From: Candidatus Sumerlaeaceae bacterium
GTDB taxonomy: Bacteria; Sumerlaeota; Sumerlaeia; Sumerlaeales; Sumerlaeaceae
Reading direction: 5' to 3'
Assembly (NCBI GenBank): GCA_051003195.1
Contig: JBPCLP010000053.1
Span: 64,001-128,000 of the forward strand
DNA length: 64,000 bases
Positions 47,749-57,462 of the stretch are shown here, piece after piece. The translations under genes were made by a program, and so were the position numbers. Within the stretch, counting starts at the first letter, position 1. Every line of letters starts with the position of its first letter. Under the pieces are notes generated by a model. That model searched no databases, was not told the origin of the DNA, and saw only the letters and a program-made list of their open reading frames with translations.

Positions 47749-49200
47749 TTATCTGGGCGCGTTGCGCGGATCGTCGGCTGGATTTACGTAGTTGATCGTC
47801 CACGGGCCCGTTCCGTGGAACTGCAGAATTGTCTCTCCCGTGGCGGACACAAAGTGCTTCATGCCCGCTGGCCAGTAGCCGTACGTGCCGGTCGGCATCA
47901 CCTGCATCGCCTGCGGATCAAATTTCTCGCCCATGCCGATGCTAAACGTGCCGGCAATGACACTGATGCGCTCGACCTTCGGGTGCGTGTGCGGAGGAAT
48001 GCGGTATCCATCTGGTACTTTGAGCCGGAAAACAAATGTGCCCTCTTTTGCGGGATCGCCTTCCAGCACGGCGATCTGCGCCCCTTTCGGCAGAGAAGGA
48101 GGGCCCTGCTTCCAGGTGATGGCCGCGAGGGGAAAGAGGTTCGGCTTCATTGCTTCGCCCGCGGAGGTGGTGGATGTCACGTCAGCAGCGGTGTACGACA
48201 TGCTTGCGCCGGCTGCTGTAGCCACACCTGCTGAGGGGGCAGCGGCCTTCTGGGCGTCGAGCGCCGATCTCACCCCGCGTGCGAGTTGCTCAGCAGGTCC
48301 GCGGCCCCAGTAGTGCAGGAAAATCGCCCTGGGTGTTTCGCCTTCCATGTGGTTGTGAATCGCGACGACCTGGATGTCTGTTTTGCGCAGCGCGCGCAGC
48401 ACCGGCTGTAGTTCACCTTCGAAGGCAACGAAGTCCCCGTCCGAGATGGCATTGTCGTCACTGCCCATCATCGCCAGCCACGTGTTGACGCCCATCTCTT
48501 TCCCAACTTCGCAGCCGCACGGCATCTTTGCCGTGCGTCCGAACACCGCCTTGTACATGCCGTCTTTAATCTGCGCCTTCGTGCCGAGAATCGCGTCCAG
48601 TGGGGCTGCCGAAATCGAACTGGACGTTGGAAATTCGGTGGTATTCCCAAAGCTGCGGGTCGGGGCGGCACCTTTCTCCGCGCGAATTGATTTCACGCGG
48701 TCGAAAGCAGCGCGTACCCCACGCGCCAGCTTTTCAATCTCGCCCTCACCGCCGATGTGCATGAAGTAGACCTTAGGCTCGTCGAAGAAGAAGTGGTTGT
48801 GCAGTGCCGTGACATCCAGGCCTGCGTCGAACAACGTGCTCATTACCGGGTTCACCTCGTCCTGGAACAAAACGAGATCGCCCATGATCATCGCTGCCTG
48901 CTTGCTGCCGCCCTTGAATGCCACCCAGCTCGTAAGACCCATGAACGGGGGGAACAGCTGCCCGTCGATGACGACTTTTACGTCGGTGCGCGGGGCGCTG
49001 AGCTTGAACGCACCTTCCGCTTCGCTGCGAGTTCCCTTGAGCCCGGTGATCGACTCGACCAGCGATTCATATTCCCTCAATGACTGTGCTGTCGTCGTGT
49101 TTGCCTCACCATCTGCCGCGGCAGTCGCAGCCAACCCACACACCAGGAGCACCGCAGCGACAAACCTGCAGGCCCGAACAATTGAAAGAGGCGTGGTCAT
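47749..49200 (-). CDS. Secreted tandem DUF1259 (LppY/LpqO-like) plus C-terminal cupin fusion
   Basis: PFMGLTSW..MGDLVL..VTALHNHF..FMHI; GVNTW..DGDF..VVAIHNHM..FLHYWG; cupin LEGDP..IPPHTHP..E. Confidence 0.8.
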   Translation of the reverse strand: MTTPLSIVRACRFVAAVLLVCGLAATAAADGEANTTTAQSLREYESLVESITGLKGTRSEAEGAFKLSAPRTDVKVVIDGQLFPPFMGLTSWVAFKGGSKQAAMIMGDLVLFQDEVNPVMSTLFDAGLDVTALHNHFFFDEPKVYFMHIGGEGEIEKLARGVRAAFDRVKSIRAEKGAAPTRSFGNTTEFPTSSSISAAPLDAILGTKAQIKDGMYKAVFGRTAKMPCGCEVGKEMGVNTWLAMMGSDDNAISDGDFVAFEGELQPVLRALRKTDIQVVAIHNHMEGETPRAIFLHYWGRGPAEQLARGVRSALDAQKAAAPSAGVATAAGASMSYTAADVTSTTSAGEAMKPNLFPLAAITWKQGPPSLPKGAQIAVLEGDPAKEGTFVFRLKVPDGYRIPPHTHPKVERISVIAGTFSIGMGEKFDPQAMQVMPTGTYGYWPAGMKHFVSATGETILQFHGTGPWTINYVNPADDPRNAPR

Positions 49201-49315
49201 TTTCCTTCTACCTTTCTGCTTGGTTGACCAGGAGTCACAACCCCTCGGAATGCGCGGGCAAGGAATAGCGACAAAGCGATGCCAGCGTGGGCGGCCGCAG
49301 GGTGGGCTGGCATTG

Positions 49316-49728
49316 CAGCGCAGGTACGCCCAAAATCTTTTTCGACTTTATTGGACTTAGCCCACGCTAAGATGACGCCAGGGAAGTGACACGTCCCCCC
49401 AAACTGGTGTATACCTGCCAGCGTAGTAAGCTGAACGTGTTCATTGATAATTCTATGCGGCCCGAACGCCGTGACCCACGGCAAAGGGACTTCTGCGCCC
49501 AATCCGCGTGGCATTTTCCGTCTTTGCGTTCGCGGGAAAAACCGCCCATCGCGCAAGGAACCCGGAAATCCACGGCCCCCGCGAATTCTTACGCGAGGAT
49601 TACAACTATTCAAGTGGCGAAATTACCAACTTGAAAACTTGAATAGTTATCTGCAAGCATTTCAAGCTTCCATACGCAAACTTGAATACCAACTTGAAAA
49701 ACTTGAAAACTTGAAAGCCTCCAACCGC
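49316..49728. repeat. ~410-bp dispersed non-coding element, copy B
   Basis: Reverse complement aligns end to end with 7417-7823. Confidence 0.92.
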
Positions 49729-49866
49729 AGTCGCCCCTGCTACCCAGTCCCCACGCCGCCGATCTTTGGAGCACGCACGGCCACATGATCGGAACATTAC
49801 GGAAATCAAAGGGCGAAATTACCCCATCGGCCTGTTTGATTTAAAGCGTGAAATGCCAATGAGCGA

Positions 49867-49893
49867 CGCCAATTCTTTGATTAGTTTTGATTA
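49867..49893. repeat. Short tandem repeat (TTTGATTAGT x ~3)
   Basis: tttgattagttttgattagttttgatta. Confidence 0.7.
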
Positions 49894-49995
49894 GTTTTGA
49901 TTAAGAAGGCTCGCCCACCGTTTTAAAACCGCGTAAGTTCTGGAGACGGGCGAAATACATTGATTGGTTTGTTCGACTGGGGCGCCGCCATCTGC

Positions 49996-50161
49996 GCGCT
50001 TCGCGCCGGCGGGTTGCACAGGGTAAGAGGGTTTTGGCAATAGTAGTGTTTTCCTGAATCAGGTTATCGGTTACTTCAGGAAAAGCGAAAGCAAGCTTTC
50101 GCACTCCAAAGCGCTTCGCGCCGGCGGGTTGCACATGCTTCGCGCCGGCGGGTTGCACGGG
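49996..50161 (-). repeat. Cluster of TGGAGTGCG-family REP copies
   Basis: Full unit at 50069-50133; partial gcttcgcgccggcgggttgcac units near 49998 and 50137. Confidence 0.8.
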
Positions 50162-50277
50162 CCAGGGCCTGTCGTCAATTAAGGAGAATAGTGAACCAAG
50201 GGGACGAAACCGCCTTGCAGGTTCGCGCGCACGAAGGTCCCGCTCGGCACGCCAGCTTCCATCGCCATAAAGCCTTG

Positions 50278-50376
50278 GTAACGTGGTTTACCATAGTTCG
50301 TTGGCAGGTTCTGTGTGCCGAACGAGCGCAGAATCATATCGATACAAGGATACGAACGTTTGGTTCGGCACACTAG
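50278..50376 (+). mobile_element. MITE-like element, copy 4
   Basis: cgtggtttaccatagttcg...ttctgtgtgccgaacgagcgcagaatc...ttcggcacaCTAG. Confidence 0.75.
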
Positions 50377-50432
50377 CGCTGGTTCTCAGAATCGATCCCG
50401 TCTTTCCGCGTATTACGAGTTGGGAGCATTTG

Positions 50433-50813
50433 ATGAAAGAGATCGTAGCGGCGTCCGTCATCCTGTTTACGGCAAGGTCAGTATCCGGCCAAAGCGTAAC
50501 GGTCAGCTCGCTCGACGTCGAAAATGTTTCGGTGTTTCGTGGGTCGGGTACCGTCCGCGCCTCGGTGAATCTGGAAACGCGCTCCTACTCGCCCGGGGGC
50601 ACCTACTCGCGGGGTCAACTCAGCGCATTGCGCTCGCTGGGATTCTTTCAGATCGGCAACCAGTGGGCTTACCAGGCCGGCAACATGAAGTATGCGCTGG
50701 TAGTCGCGCAGCTGCCCCGGCTGGATTACTCCCGCGGGCAGTGGAAGCTGGTCGCACCGGGCAAGGTCACCAGGCGGGTGGCCACGGTGCGCAACACCGG
50801 TGTTAAGCGGTGA
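50433..50813 (+). CDS. Small hypothetical secreted protein
   Basis: GGGAG RBS; MKEIVAASVILFTARSVSGQ signal-like start. Confidence 0.5.
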   Translation: MKEIVAASVILFTARSVSGQSVTVSSLDVENVSVFRGSGTVRASVNLETRSYSPGGTYSRGQLSALRSLGFFQIGNQWAYQAGNMKYALVVAQLPRLDYSRGQWKLVAPGKVTRRVATVRNTGVKR

Positions 50814-50923
50814 TAGATATCCAGCCCCGCCCGGCGTCATCCGCCTTGACACCCGGTTCCTCTTTGCGACAATCATAGCGCCTTATATCTATCCCCCACT
50901 CCTGCAACTCCAAGGAACCTACT

Positions 50924-52057
50924 ATGTTCTCCCGAAACTACCCTTTCAGCTCGTTGCGCACCCTGGCTGTTGGCATCGCGGCAGGACTCCTCACGGCACT
51001 TGCCGCGACCGGTATGTCCCAGGCGTCGCCCAAAGGCGACCTGCTCCTCGACGACAGCTTCGATGGTCCCGGCCTTGGAACAAGCTGGACAGTCACTGGC
51101 GCTGCGCCGGTGGTCTCCGGGGGCGCGGTGACCCTCAGCAATGGAACCGACATGCAGTGGTCCCCAGGATTCCTGGAATGCCCCATCATCGTCGAGCTTG
51201 AGAACGTTACCTTTTCGAACATCACCGGCAACGGCTCTTCGGCCGGAATTTCCTTTCGGACCCTCGGCAATGGCTCCGTATCCGTATCCGGCGGCAGCCA
51301 ATCCCTGTCATGGTATTTGAGTAACACGACCTATGTTTTTGATTACGGCTATGCCCAGGGCGGATCCGCCGGACTTAGTCCCATCACCTCGGGCCCTACC
51401 TACGATCAAACCCCGCACACGTATACGTTCGCGATGGAAACCACCCGGTCCCTTGTTTACGCGGACAATTGGACTCCCGGTTATTCCGAGTACCAGTTGT
51501 TCCCCACTCCCAATTCCGGCAAGTCGACCGTAGGCTTCAATACCAACGGCACTGCATCGGTATCGTGCAGCCGCGTACGCGCGTGGCGCGCGGTGCCGTC
51601 TCCTATCCGCGCGGTTCGCTTCATCGAAAGACGAACCACTGCCACCCTCGACATGAGCGCGATCGGGCTGTCGCTGCAAAGCTCCAACCTGAACTTCACC
51701 ACCTACGGCACGCTGACTGCCGACAAGGTCACATCCACACCGCCCACGCTGCCACGCCCGGCGCTCAACAACACGATCTGGAACATCAGCATGTCGCCGA
51801 CGAACCTCAGCTCGGTTACGACCATCACCCACACGTTTAACGTGAACGACCTGGTGGGCGCCGGTATCGATCCCAATTCGCTCACCGGTTACAAATCCAC
51901 CAATAACGGCGCCACCTGGGTTGCGGTACCGAATTGCACGATTACGCTCAACGGCGCCAACAGCCTCTTTACCTTCGGTGGACAAACCTCGTTCTCCACC
52001 TTCGCTATTGGCTATAGCGTGTTCACACATGTAAGGGACTGGGAGCTGTTCGAATAG
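50924..52057 (+). CDS. Secreted beta-rich protein with C-terminal VRDWELFE motif
   Basis: Signal peptide, Ser/Thr/Gly-rich lectin-like body, ends TSFSTFAIG...HVRDWELFE. Confidence 0.75.
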   Translation: MFSRNYPFSSLRTLAVGIAAGLLTALAATGMSQASPKGDLLLDDSFDGPGLGTSWTVTGAAPVVSGGAVTLSNGTDMQWSPGFLECPIIVELENVTFSNITGNGSSAGISFRTLGNGSVSVSGGSQSLSWYLSNTTYVFDYGYAQGGSAGLSPITSGPTYDQTPHTYTFAMETTRSLVYADNWTPGYSEYQLFPTPNSGKSTVGFNTNGTASVSCSRVRAWRAVPSPIRAVRFIERRTTATLDMSAIGLSLQSSNLNFTTYGTLTADKVTSTPPTLPRPALNNTIWNISMSPTNLSSVTTITHTFNVNDLVGAGIDPNSLTGYKSTNNGATWVAVPNCTITLNGANSLFTFGGQTSFSTFAIGYSVFTHVRDWELFE

Positions 52058-52085
52058 CCAAGGCAGGTAACGCGCGGCGCCCGGT

Positions 52086-53351
52086 TTACGAAGTCCCGCC
52101 GGGCTGAATCTGCACGATCACGTCGAAGATTGAGCGGGCGACCGCCGATTTATCCTGTCGGGGAATGTGGACGCTGTGGCCATCGCGGAAGAAGATGGTC
52201 ACCTCGTTCTGCTCGCTTTGGAAACCGACGTCGTCGGAACTTATGTCATTGGCGACAATGAGGTCGAGTTTCTTGCGCTCCATCTTAATGCGCGCGTTGG
52301 ATTCAAGTTCGTCCGTCTCGGCCGCGAAGCCAATGGTAAGCTGGTCCTGCTTTTTGGTGTAGCCGATGGACTGGGCGATGTCGGGATTCTCCACCAGCGG
52401 CAGGGTGATGGAGTTTCCGGTGCGCTTGATTTTCTGGGGGACGTATTTGCCGGCCCTGAAGTCGCCAACGGCCGCCGCAAAAATAAAAATGTCCATTTCA
52501 GCCGCGAGTTTTTTAACAGCCGCCAGCATCTGTTCTGCCGTGGTCACATCATGGATAGTCGCGCAGTCGGGTTTATGCGGCGCATCGACGGGGCCAGTGA
52601 CGAGGTGTACCTGTGCGCCTCGGCGGTGCGCCTCGCGCGCCAGCGCGGCTCCCATACGGCCACTGGATGGATTGCTGATGAAGCGGACCGGGTCGATATA
52701 CTCACGGGTCGGACCTGAGGTGATGAGGACGGCCTTTCCTTCGAGCGAATTGTCACGTGGGCCGACGGGCTGTTGCACGGCAGCCTCTGACCGCCGCGGC
52801 TCAAGTTTCACGTTGAACTCGCGCAGGAACGAAATGATCTGCTCGGCCTCCGCAAGGCGACCCGGGCCTTCGTCGCCGCATGCGAGGGGACCGGAATCGG
52901 TTGGCAGCACTTCAACGCCGCGCTGCCGGAGGATGGCGAGATTCTGCTGGGTTGCGGGATGCTGTAGCATGGCGCTGTTCATCGCGGGCGCCAGGACGAC
53001 CGGGCCGGTGAATGCCAGGTACGTCGTGGTAATCGGGTCATCGGCAATTCCAGCCGCCATCCGGGCGATGAGATCGGCGCTGGCGGGAGCAATGAGAAGA
53101 AGGTCGGCCCATTTGGACCAGCTAATGTGCTCCATCTCAAAGGAGTGGGGCTGGTTGAGCACCCTGGAATAAACGGAGTGCTGCGTGAGGGCTTCGAAAG
53201 TGACTGGGCCGACAAAGTGGTGGGCATGGCGGGACATAGCGACGCGCACTTCGCAGCCGGCATGCACAAGCATCGAGCACAGGTCGGCTGCCTTGTATGC
53301 CGCTATGCCGGCCGAGACGCCGAGTATGATCCTGGTGCCTTTGAGTTCCAC
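52086..53351 (-). CDS. coaBC: Phosphopantothenoylcysteine decarboxylase/ligase CoaBC
   Basis: GIAAYKA, APAMNSAM, LACGDEGPGRL, GPTREYIDPVRFISNPSSGRMG, GFAAET, IVAND. Confidence 0.95.
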   Translation of the reverse strand: MELKGTRIILGVSAGIAAYKAADLCSMLVHAGCEVRVAMSRHAHHFVGPVTFEALTQHSVYSRVLNQPHSFEMEHISWSKWADLLLIAPASADLIARMAAGIADDPITTTYLAFTGPVVLAPAMNSAMLQHPATQQNLAILRQRGVEVLPTDSGPLACGDEGPGRLAEAEQIISFLREFNVKLEPRRSEAAVQQPVGPRDNSLEGKAVLITSGPTREYIDPVRFISNPSSGRMGAALAREAHRRGAQVHLVTGPVDAPHKPDCATIHDVTTAEQMLAAVKKLAAEMDIFIFAAAVGDFRAGKYVPQKIKRTGNSITLPLVENPDIAQSIGYTKKQDQLTIGFAAETDELESNARIKMERKKLDLIVANDISSDDVGFQSEQNEVTIFFRDGHSVHIPRQDKSAVARSIFDVIVQIQPGGTS

Positions 53352-53524
53352 GCATGCCTCCAGCTCTTGAGAATGCCCGGTATGAAGCAAAAGAGCGGCT
53401 GGCGTGAGCGGCAAGGGGAAACTGTTGCACAGCCGCTTTGGCTGCGCCTGAAAGTGGACGAGGTAAGTACAAAACCGGTAGTAGCAGTGGCCGGTGATCC
53501 GTTGTAACGGTGGAGGTTGCTCAG

Positions 53525-54226
53525 ATGAATTGTCCGAAATGCGGGCTTACGGTACAGAGTGGCAGCAGTTTCTGCAACCATTGCGGAGCGTCGCTCAACG
53601 AGCAGGGAAAATCGCTGAGCATGAGCGCTGATTTAACAAATGCCCAGGCTGGGTCTGCCGGGCATGGACTCGATGCCATGGATGCCGCGGCCCTCACGGG
53701 AATGGCGACTGCTACCGAGAAGGGTATCTGGGACGAGTACCCTAGCCTGAGGACCGCGTTTCCACCGGTGGTATTTGTGCTGGTGCTCTGGGTTGTGGTG
53801 ATGCTGCTCATCCGTTTTCTGCTGCCGCTCGACAGGCGGCCGGTTTGGAACGGCCACGATGCACTGAGCTGGGGCCTGACGCTCGGTGTCGCTGCGGTTG
53901 TGTTGCTGATGCTGCTGCGAAGCCTGATCCGGCTTCGGTCGATACGTTACCGGCTGACAAGCCAGCGGATTTTTATCACGTTCGGCATACTGAACAAGCG
54001 GACGGACGAGATCGAGCTGGAGAAATACAAGGATGTGTTTGTGAACCAGGATTTCTGGGACAAGCTGGTGGGTTGCGGCGACATCCAGGTGGTGACTGGC
54101 GATGTGACGAACCCGACGATAAACATGGATGACGTGATCGACCCGATTGGCAAAAAGGAATCGATACGCAACGCCGCGCGTGAACGCCAGGCCAAGCTCG
54201 GCCTGCGTTTACGCGAGCAGATGTAG
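53525..54226 (+). CDS. Zinc-ribbon plus bacterial PH-domain (bPH_2) membrane protein
   Basis: CPKCG..FCNHCG, two TMs, YRLTSQRI..GIL....EIEL. Confidence 0.8.
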   Translation: MNCPKCGLTVQSGSSFCNHCGASLNEQGKSLSMSADLTNAQAGSAGHGLDAMDAAALTGMATATEKGIWDEYPSLRTAFPPVVFVLVLWVVVMLLIRFLLPLDRRPVWNGHDALSWGLTLGVAAVVLLMLLRSLIRLRSIRYRLTSQRIFITFGILNKRTDEIELEKYKDVFVNQDFWDKLVGCGDIQVVTGDVTNPTINMDDVIDPIGKKESIRNAARERQAKLGLRLREQM

Positions 54227-54325
54227 TTAGTGTATTCTACTGTTAGTTCGTAATCTGTTCTGTGTGCCGAACGAGCGCAGAATCAGATCGACACGAGGAT
54301 ACGAACTTCTGGTTCGGCACACTGG
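54227..54325 (+). mobile_element. MITE-like element, copy 5, filling a convergent intergenic gap
   Basis: ttagtgtattctactgttagttcgtaatctgttctgtgtgccgaa...gaacttctggttcggcacactgg. Confidence 0.75.
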
Positions 54326-54326
54326 T

Positions 54327-56036
54327 TTACCGCTCGTCGGCCGCGGTGGTACCCAGTACCTCGTCGACAGTCGTCACGCCTTCCTTCGCCTTGGTCAGGC
54401 CGGCCATGCGCAGCGTTTCCATGCCTTCTTCACTGGCGAGCCGCTTGAGCGCGGTGGTGGAAATGCCGTCGATGATGCGGTCGCGCATGTTGTCGCTGAG
54501 CACCATGATTTCGTAGAGGGCCATGCGGCCTTTGTACCCGCGTGCGTTGCAGCGCTCGCAGCCTTCGCCGCGGTAAACCGTCATGTCGACCGGAAGGCCC
54601 AGGGCGTTGGCCATGTCGGGCGGGAGGCCATATGGCTGCTTGCAGTAATCGCAGATTCTGCGCACGAGCCGCTGTGCCACGACCATGTTGAGCGCGGCTG
54701 TGACGAGGAAAGACTCCACGCCCATGTTGGTGAGGCGGTTGACGGTGCTCGGGGCGTCGTTGGTGTGAATGGTCGAGAGAACCAGGTGGCCGGTCAGAGC
54801 GGCTTTGATGGCGATTTCAGCGGTCTCGAGGTCGCGCACCTCGCCGACCATGATGATGTCGGGATCCTGGCGAAGGAAGCTCTTCAGGCCGGCGGCAAAG
54901 GTGAGGCCGATGTCCGGCTTGGCCTGGACCTGGTTAATGCCTTTGAGCTGGTACTCGACCGGGTCCTCGATCGTGGAAATGTTTTTGCCGGAATCGTTGA
55001 TTGTGCTGAGTGCTGAGTACAAGGTCGTGGACTTGCCCGAGCCGGTCGGACCCGTGACAAGGCACATGCCCCAGGGCGCGCGGATCTGCCTCTCGAACTT
55101 GTCCAGCGCTTCGCGCGACATGCCGAGGTCGGTCAGATTAAGCATGAGGTTGCTGCTGTCGAGCAAACGGATGACGACTTTTTCTCCATTCTGGACTGGA
55201 AGGGAGGAAACACGGAAGTCGATGGCCTTGCCCAGGACTTGCAGCTTGAAACGTCCATCCTGGGGCAGCCGGCGTTCGGCAATGTCCATCTCGCTCATGA
55301 TCTTGAGGCGGGAAATGATCGCGTTCTGGAACTTTTTCGGCGGGCTTTTGCCCTCCTGCAGCACACCGTCCACACGATAGCGAAGCCGAAGCACTTTCTC
55401 GTAGGGCTCCACGTGGATATCACTGGCTCGCAGGCGAATGGCCTCGGCGATGACCATATTGACCAGCTGAATAACGGGCGCGTCTTCGGCATCGGGGGCC
55501 AGGTCGTCGATCAACTCGCCGTCGTCGCTGATCTCCGTCATCTGGAGAAGTTGGTCGTCGATCTCGCTGACTTCCTTCAGCATCTCGTCGACGTCACCAC
55601 CTTCCTGGTAGTAGGTTCGAATGGCTTCCAGGATATCGGATTCAAACGAGATCACGGGCACGATCTTGCACTTGGTCACAAGGCGCAACTCGTCAAGGAG
55701 CACGATGTTGGACGGATCCGAGAGCGCGACCGTCAGGGTGTCGCCGGTTTTATCCACAGGGATAATCTGGTACTTTCGGACGATGTCCGCAGGGATGCTG
55801 CTGAGGATTTCCGGATCAATTTCGTAATGGGAAAGCGTGATGAAGGGGACTTCGAGCTGCTTTCCAAGCGCTGCTGCCAGTTCCCACTCCGAGGCATAAC
55901 CGTTGTCGATGAGAATGCGGCCAAGGCTTCCGCCCTTGTCCCCTTGCTGCGAAAGGGCAAGTTCGAGGTCGGCGTCACTGATCACATTGTCGCGGACCAG
56001 CATTTCCGCGAGCTTTCTTTCCATCACGCTGGCCAT
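54327..56036 (-). CDS. pilB: Type IV pilus assembly ATPase PilB (GspE/PulE family)
   Basis: MshEN-like N-terminus, ASDIHVEP, DIAERRLPQDGR, GPTGSGKSTT, LRQDPD, CxxC...CxxC. Confidence 0.9.
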   Translation of the reverse strand: MASVMERKLAEMLVRDNVISDADLELALSQQGDKGGSLGRILIDNGYASEWELAAALGKQLEVPFITLSHYEIDPEILSSIPADIVRKYQIIPVDKTGDTLTVALSDPSNIVLLDELRLVTKCKIVPVISFESDILEAIRTYYQEGGDVDEMLKEVSEIDDQLLQMTEISDDGELIDDLAPDAEDAPVIQLVNMVIAEAIRLRASDIHVEPYEKVLRLRYRVDGVLQEGKSPPKKFQNAIISRLKIMSEMDIAERRLPQDGRFKLQVLGKAIDFRVSSLPVQNGEKVVIRLLDSSNLMLNLTDLGMSREALDKFERQIRAPWGMCLVTGPTGSGKSTTLYSALSTINDSGKNISTIEDPVEYQLKGINQVQAKPDIGLTFAAGLKSFLRQDPDIIMVGEVRDLETAEIAIKAALTGHLVLSTIHTNDAPSTVNRLTNMGVESFLVTAALNMVVAQRLVRRICDYCKQPYGLPPDMANALGLPVDMTVYRGEGCERCNARGYKGRMALYEIMVLSDNMRDRIIDGISTTALKRLASEEGMETLRMAGLTKAKEGVTTVDEVLGTTAADER

Positions 56037-56190
56037 AATGCAAGCTCAGTCCTATCAAGAATGTGTATGGGACAGTGGTTGTGTACCAGCGAACCTTGTT
56101 TCGTCAATGGAAACCCACAGCGGAAACACGTTTGGGTACTGCCGTCTTTTTCATGGAAATCTGGTTTCTAAACCATTGAGTTATCTTGGC

Positions 56191-57390
56191 ATGCTTGATC
56201 CGGCTAGAATAGTATATGTACAGAACGAAGAAACTGTCCTGCAGTTGGCCGGAAAAATCGCCGCCGCTGAGCGGGTGGCACTCGATACTGAAGCGGATAG
56301 CCTGCATCATTATTTCGAGAAGGTCTGCCTGCTGCAGCTTTCCGTGCCGGATGCCGACTACATTGTCGATCCTCTGGCCGATCTCGACCTGTCGCCGCTA
56401 CTGGCTCCGCTGAGTTCGAAGCAGCTGATTATCCAGGGTGCCGATTATGACCTCAGAATGATGAAACGGGATTACGAGTTCTCGGCCTCGAATATTTTCG
56501 ACACCATGAGCGCCGCGCAGTTGCTGGGATATGACAAGTTCAGTTACGCAGCCCTGGTCGAGCGGCATGTCGGGGTTGTGCTCAGCAAGCACGGGCAAAA
56601 GGCGGACTGGTCGCAGCGGCCATTGCCCGAAAAACTAATTACCTACGCGGCAGCGGATACGCATTACCTGTTCACGGTGGCCGACAAGCTGGAGGAGGAG
56701 CTTCGCCAGCTTGGGCGTCTGGAATGGCACCTGGAAGTTTGCCAGCGGCTGCTGGAGTATGTGGCGCAGGGCATGCGTGACCCGGACCCGGACCGACAGT
56801 GGCGCATCAAAGGGTGGCATACGCTGCGGGGACCTCGCGGGTGGAATTATCTTCGGGAATTGTGGCGATGGCGCGATGCGGAGGCACAGCAGGCCGATTT
56901 CCCGCCATTTAAAGTGCTGCGAAATGAAACGCTGGTAGAAATTGCGACCTGGGCAAATAACGGAGCCGACCCGGCCGCGATGCCAAAGTTGCCACGGAAC
57001 ATTGTGGGCAGGCGTCGGCGGCTTCTAGACCAGGCGATAGGCAAGGCGCGGGCCTCAGCGCAGGAAGAGTGGCCGAAACCACTGGGCGCGCCGCGCCGCG
57101 ACACTCCCCCACCGGACGAAGTGCTCGTCGCAAAGCTGAAGCAAATTCGTGATAAAACGGCCGCCCAGCTAAAGCTCGATCCGGGTATTTTATTGCCTGG
57201 CGCGGCATTATCACTCATTGCGGTGGCACGACCGGCGACTGTGGAAGCGCTTCAGGCGGCCGGCGACCTTTACAACTGGCAAACGGAGCAGCTCGGCCCC
57301 CAGCTGCTCGAGGCGGTGCAGTCTGCCACTTTGACCAACAGGCGCTCAAGCTCGCCAAGACTTCCGAAGCAAACCTCGGAGAGCGCATGA
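56191..57390 (+). CDS. rnd: Ribonuclease D (DEDDy exonuclease plus HRDC)
   Basis: ALDTEADSLHHY..VCLLQ, FDTMSAAQLLG, ADWSQRPL...YAAADT, LWRWRD. Confidence 0.85.
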   Translation: MLDPARIVYVQNEETVLQLAGKIAAAERVALDTEADSLHHYFEKVCLLQLSVPDADYIVDPLADLDLSPLLAPLSSKQLIIQGADYDLRMMKRDYEFSASNIFDTMSAAQLLGYDKFSYAALVERHVGVVLSKHGQKADWSQRPLPEKLITYAAADTHYLFTVADKLEEELRQLGRLEWHLEVCQRLLEYVAQGMRDPDPDRQWRIKGWHTLRGPRGWNYLRELWRWRDAEAQQADFPPFKVLRNETLVEIATWANNGADPAAMPKLPRNIVGRRRRLLDQAIGKARASAQEEWPKPLGAPRRDTPPPDEVLVAKLKQIRDKTAAQLKLDPGILLPGAALSLIAVARPATVEALQAAGDLYNWQTEQLGPQLLEAVQSATLTNRRSSSPRLPKQTSESA

Positions 57391-57462
57391 GCCGGAACCT
57401 GGAATGCATGTGAGTTTGCCTGCAATTCTTCCCGGGTATATTGCCCGTAACAATTCGCCCCG

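Noticed and set aside
49262..49315. Riboswitch or sigma54 promoter upstream of the DUF1259 gene
   Set aside because: A hairpin (atgccagc/gctggcat) is present, but the GG-N10-GC spacing is not met and I recognise no aptamer consensus
50179..50270. Small ORF MAMEAGVPSGTFVRANLQGG next to MITE copy 4
   Set aside because: Too short and without a recognisable motif; may be a gene scrap but cannot be supported
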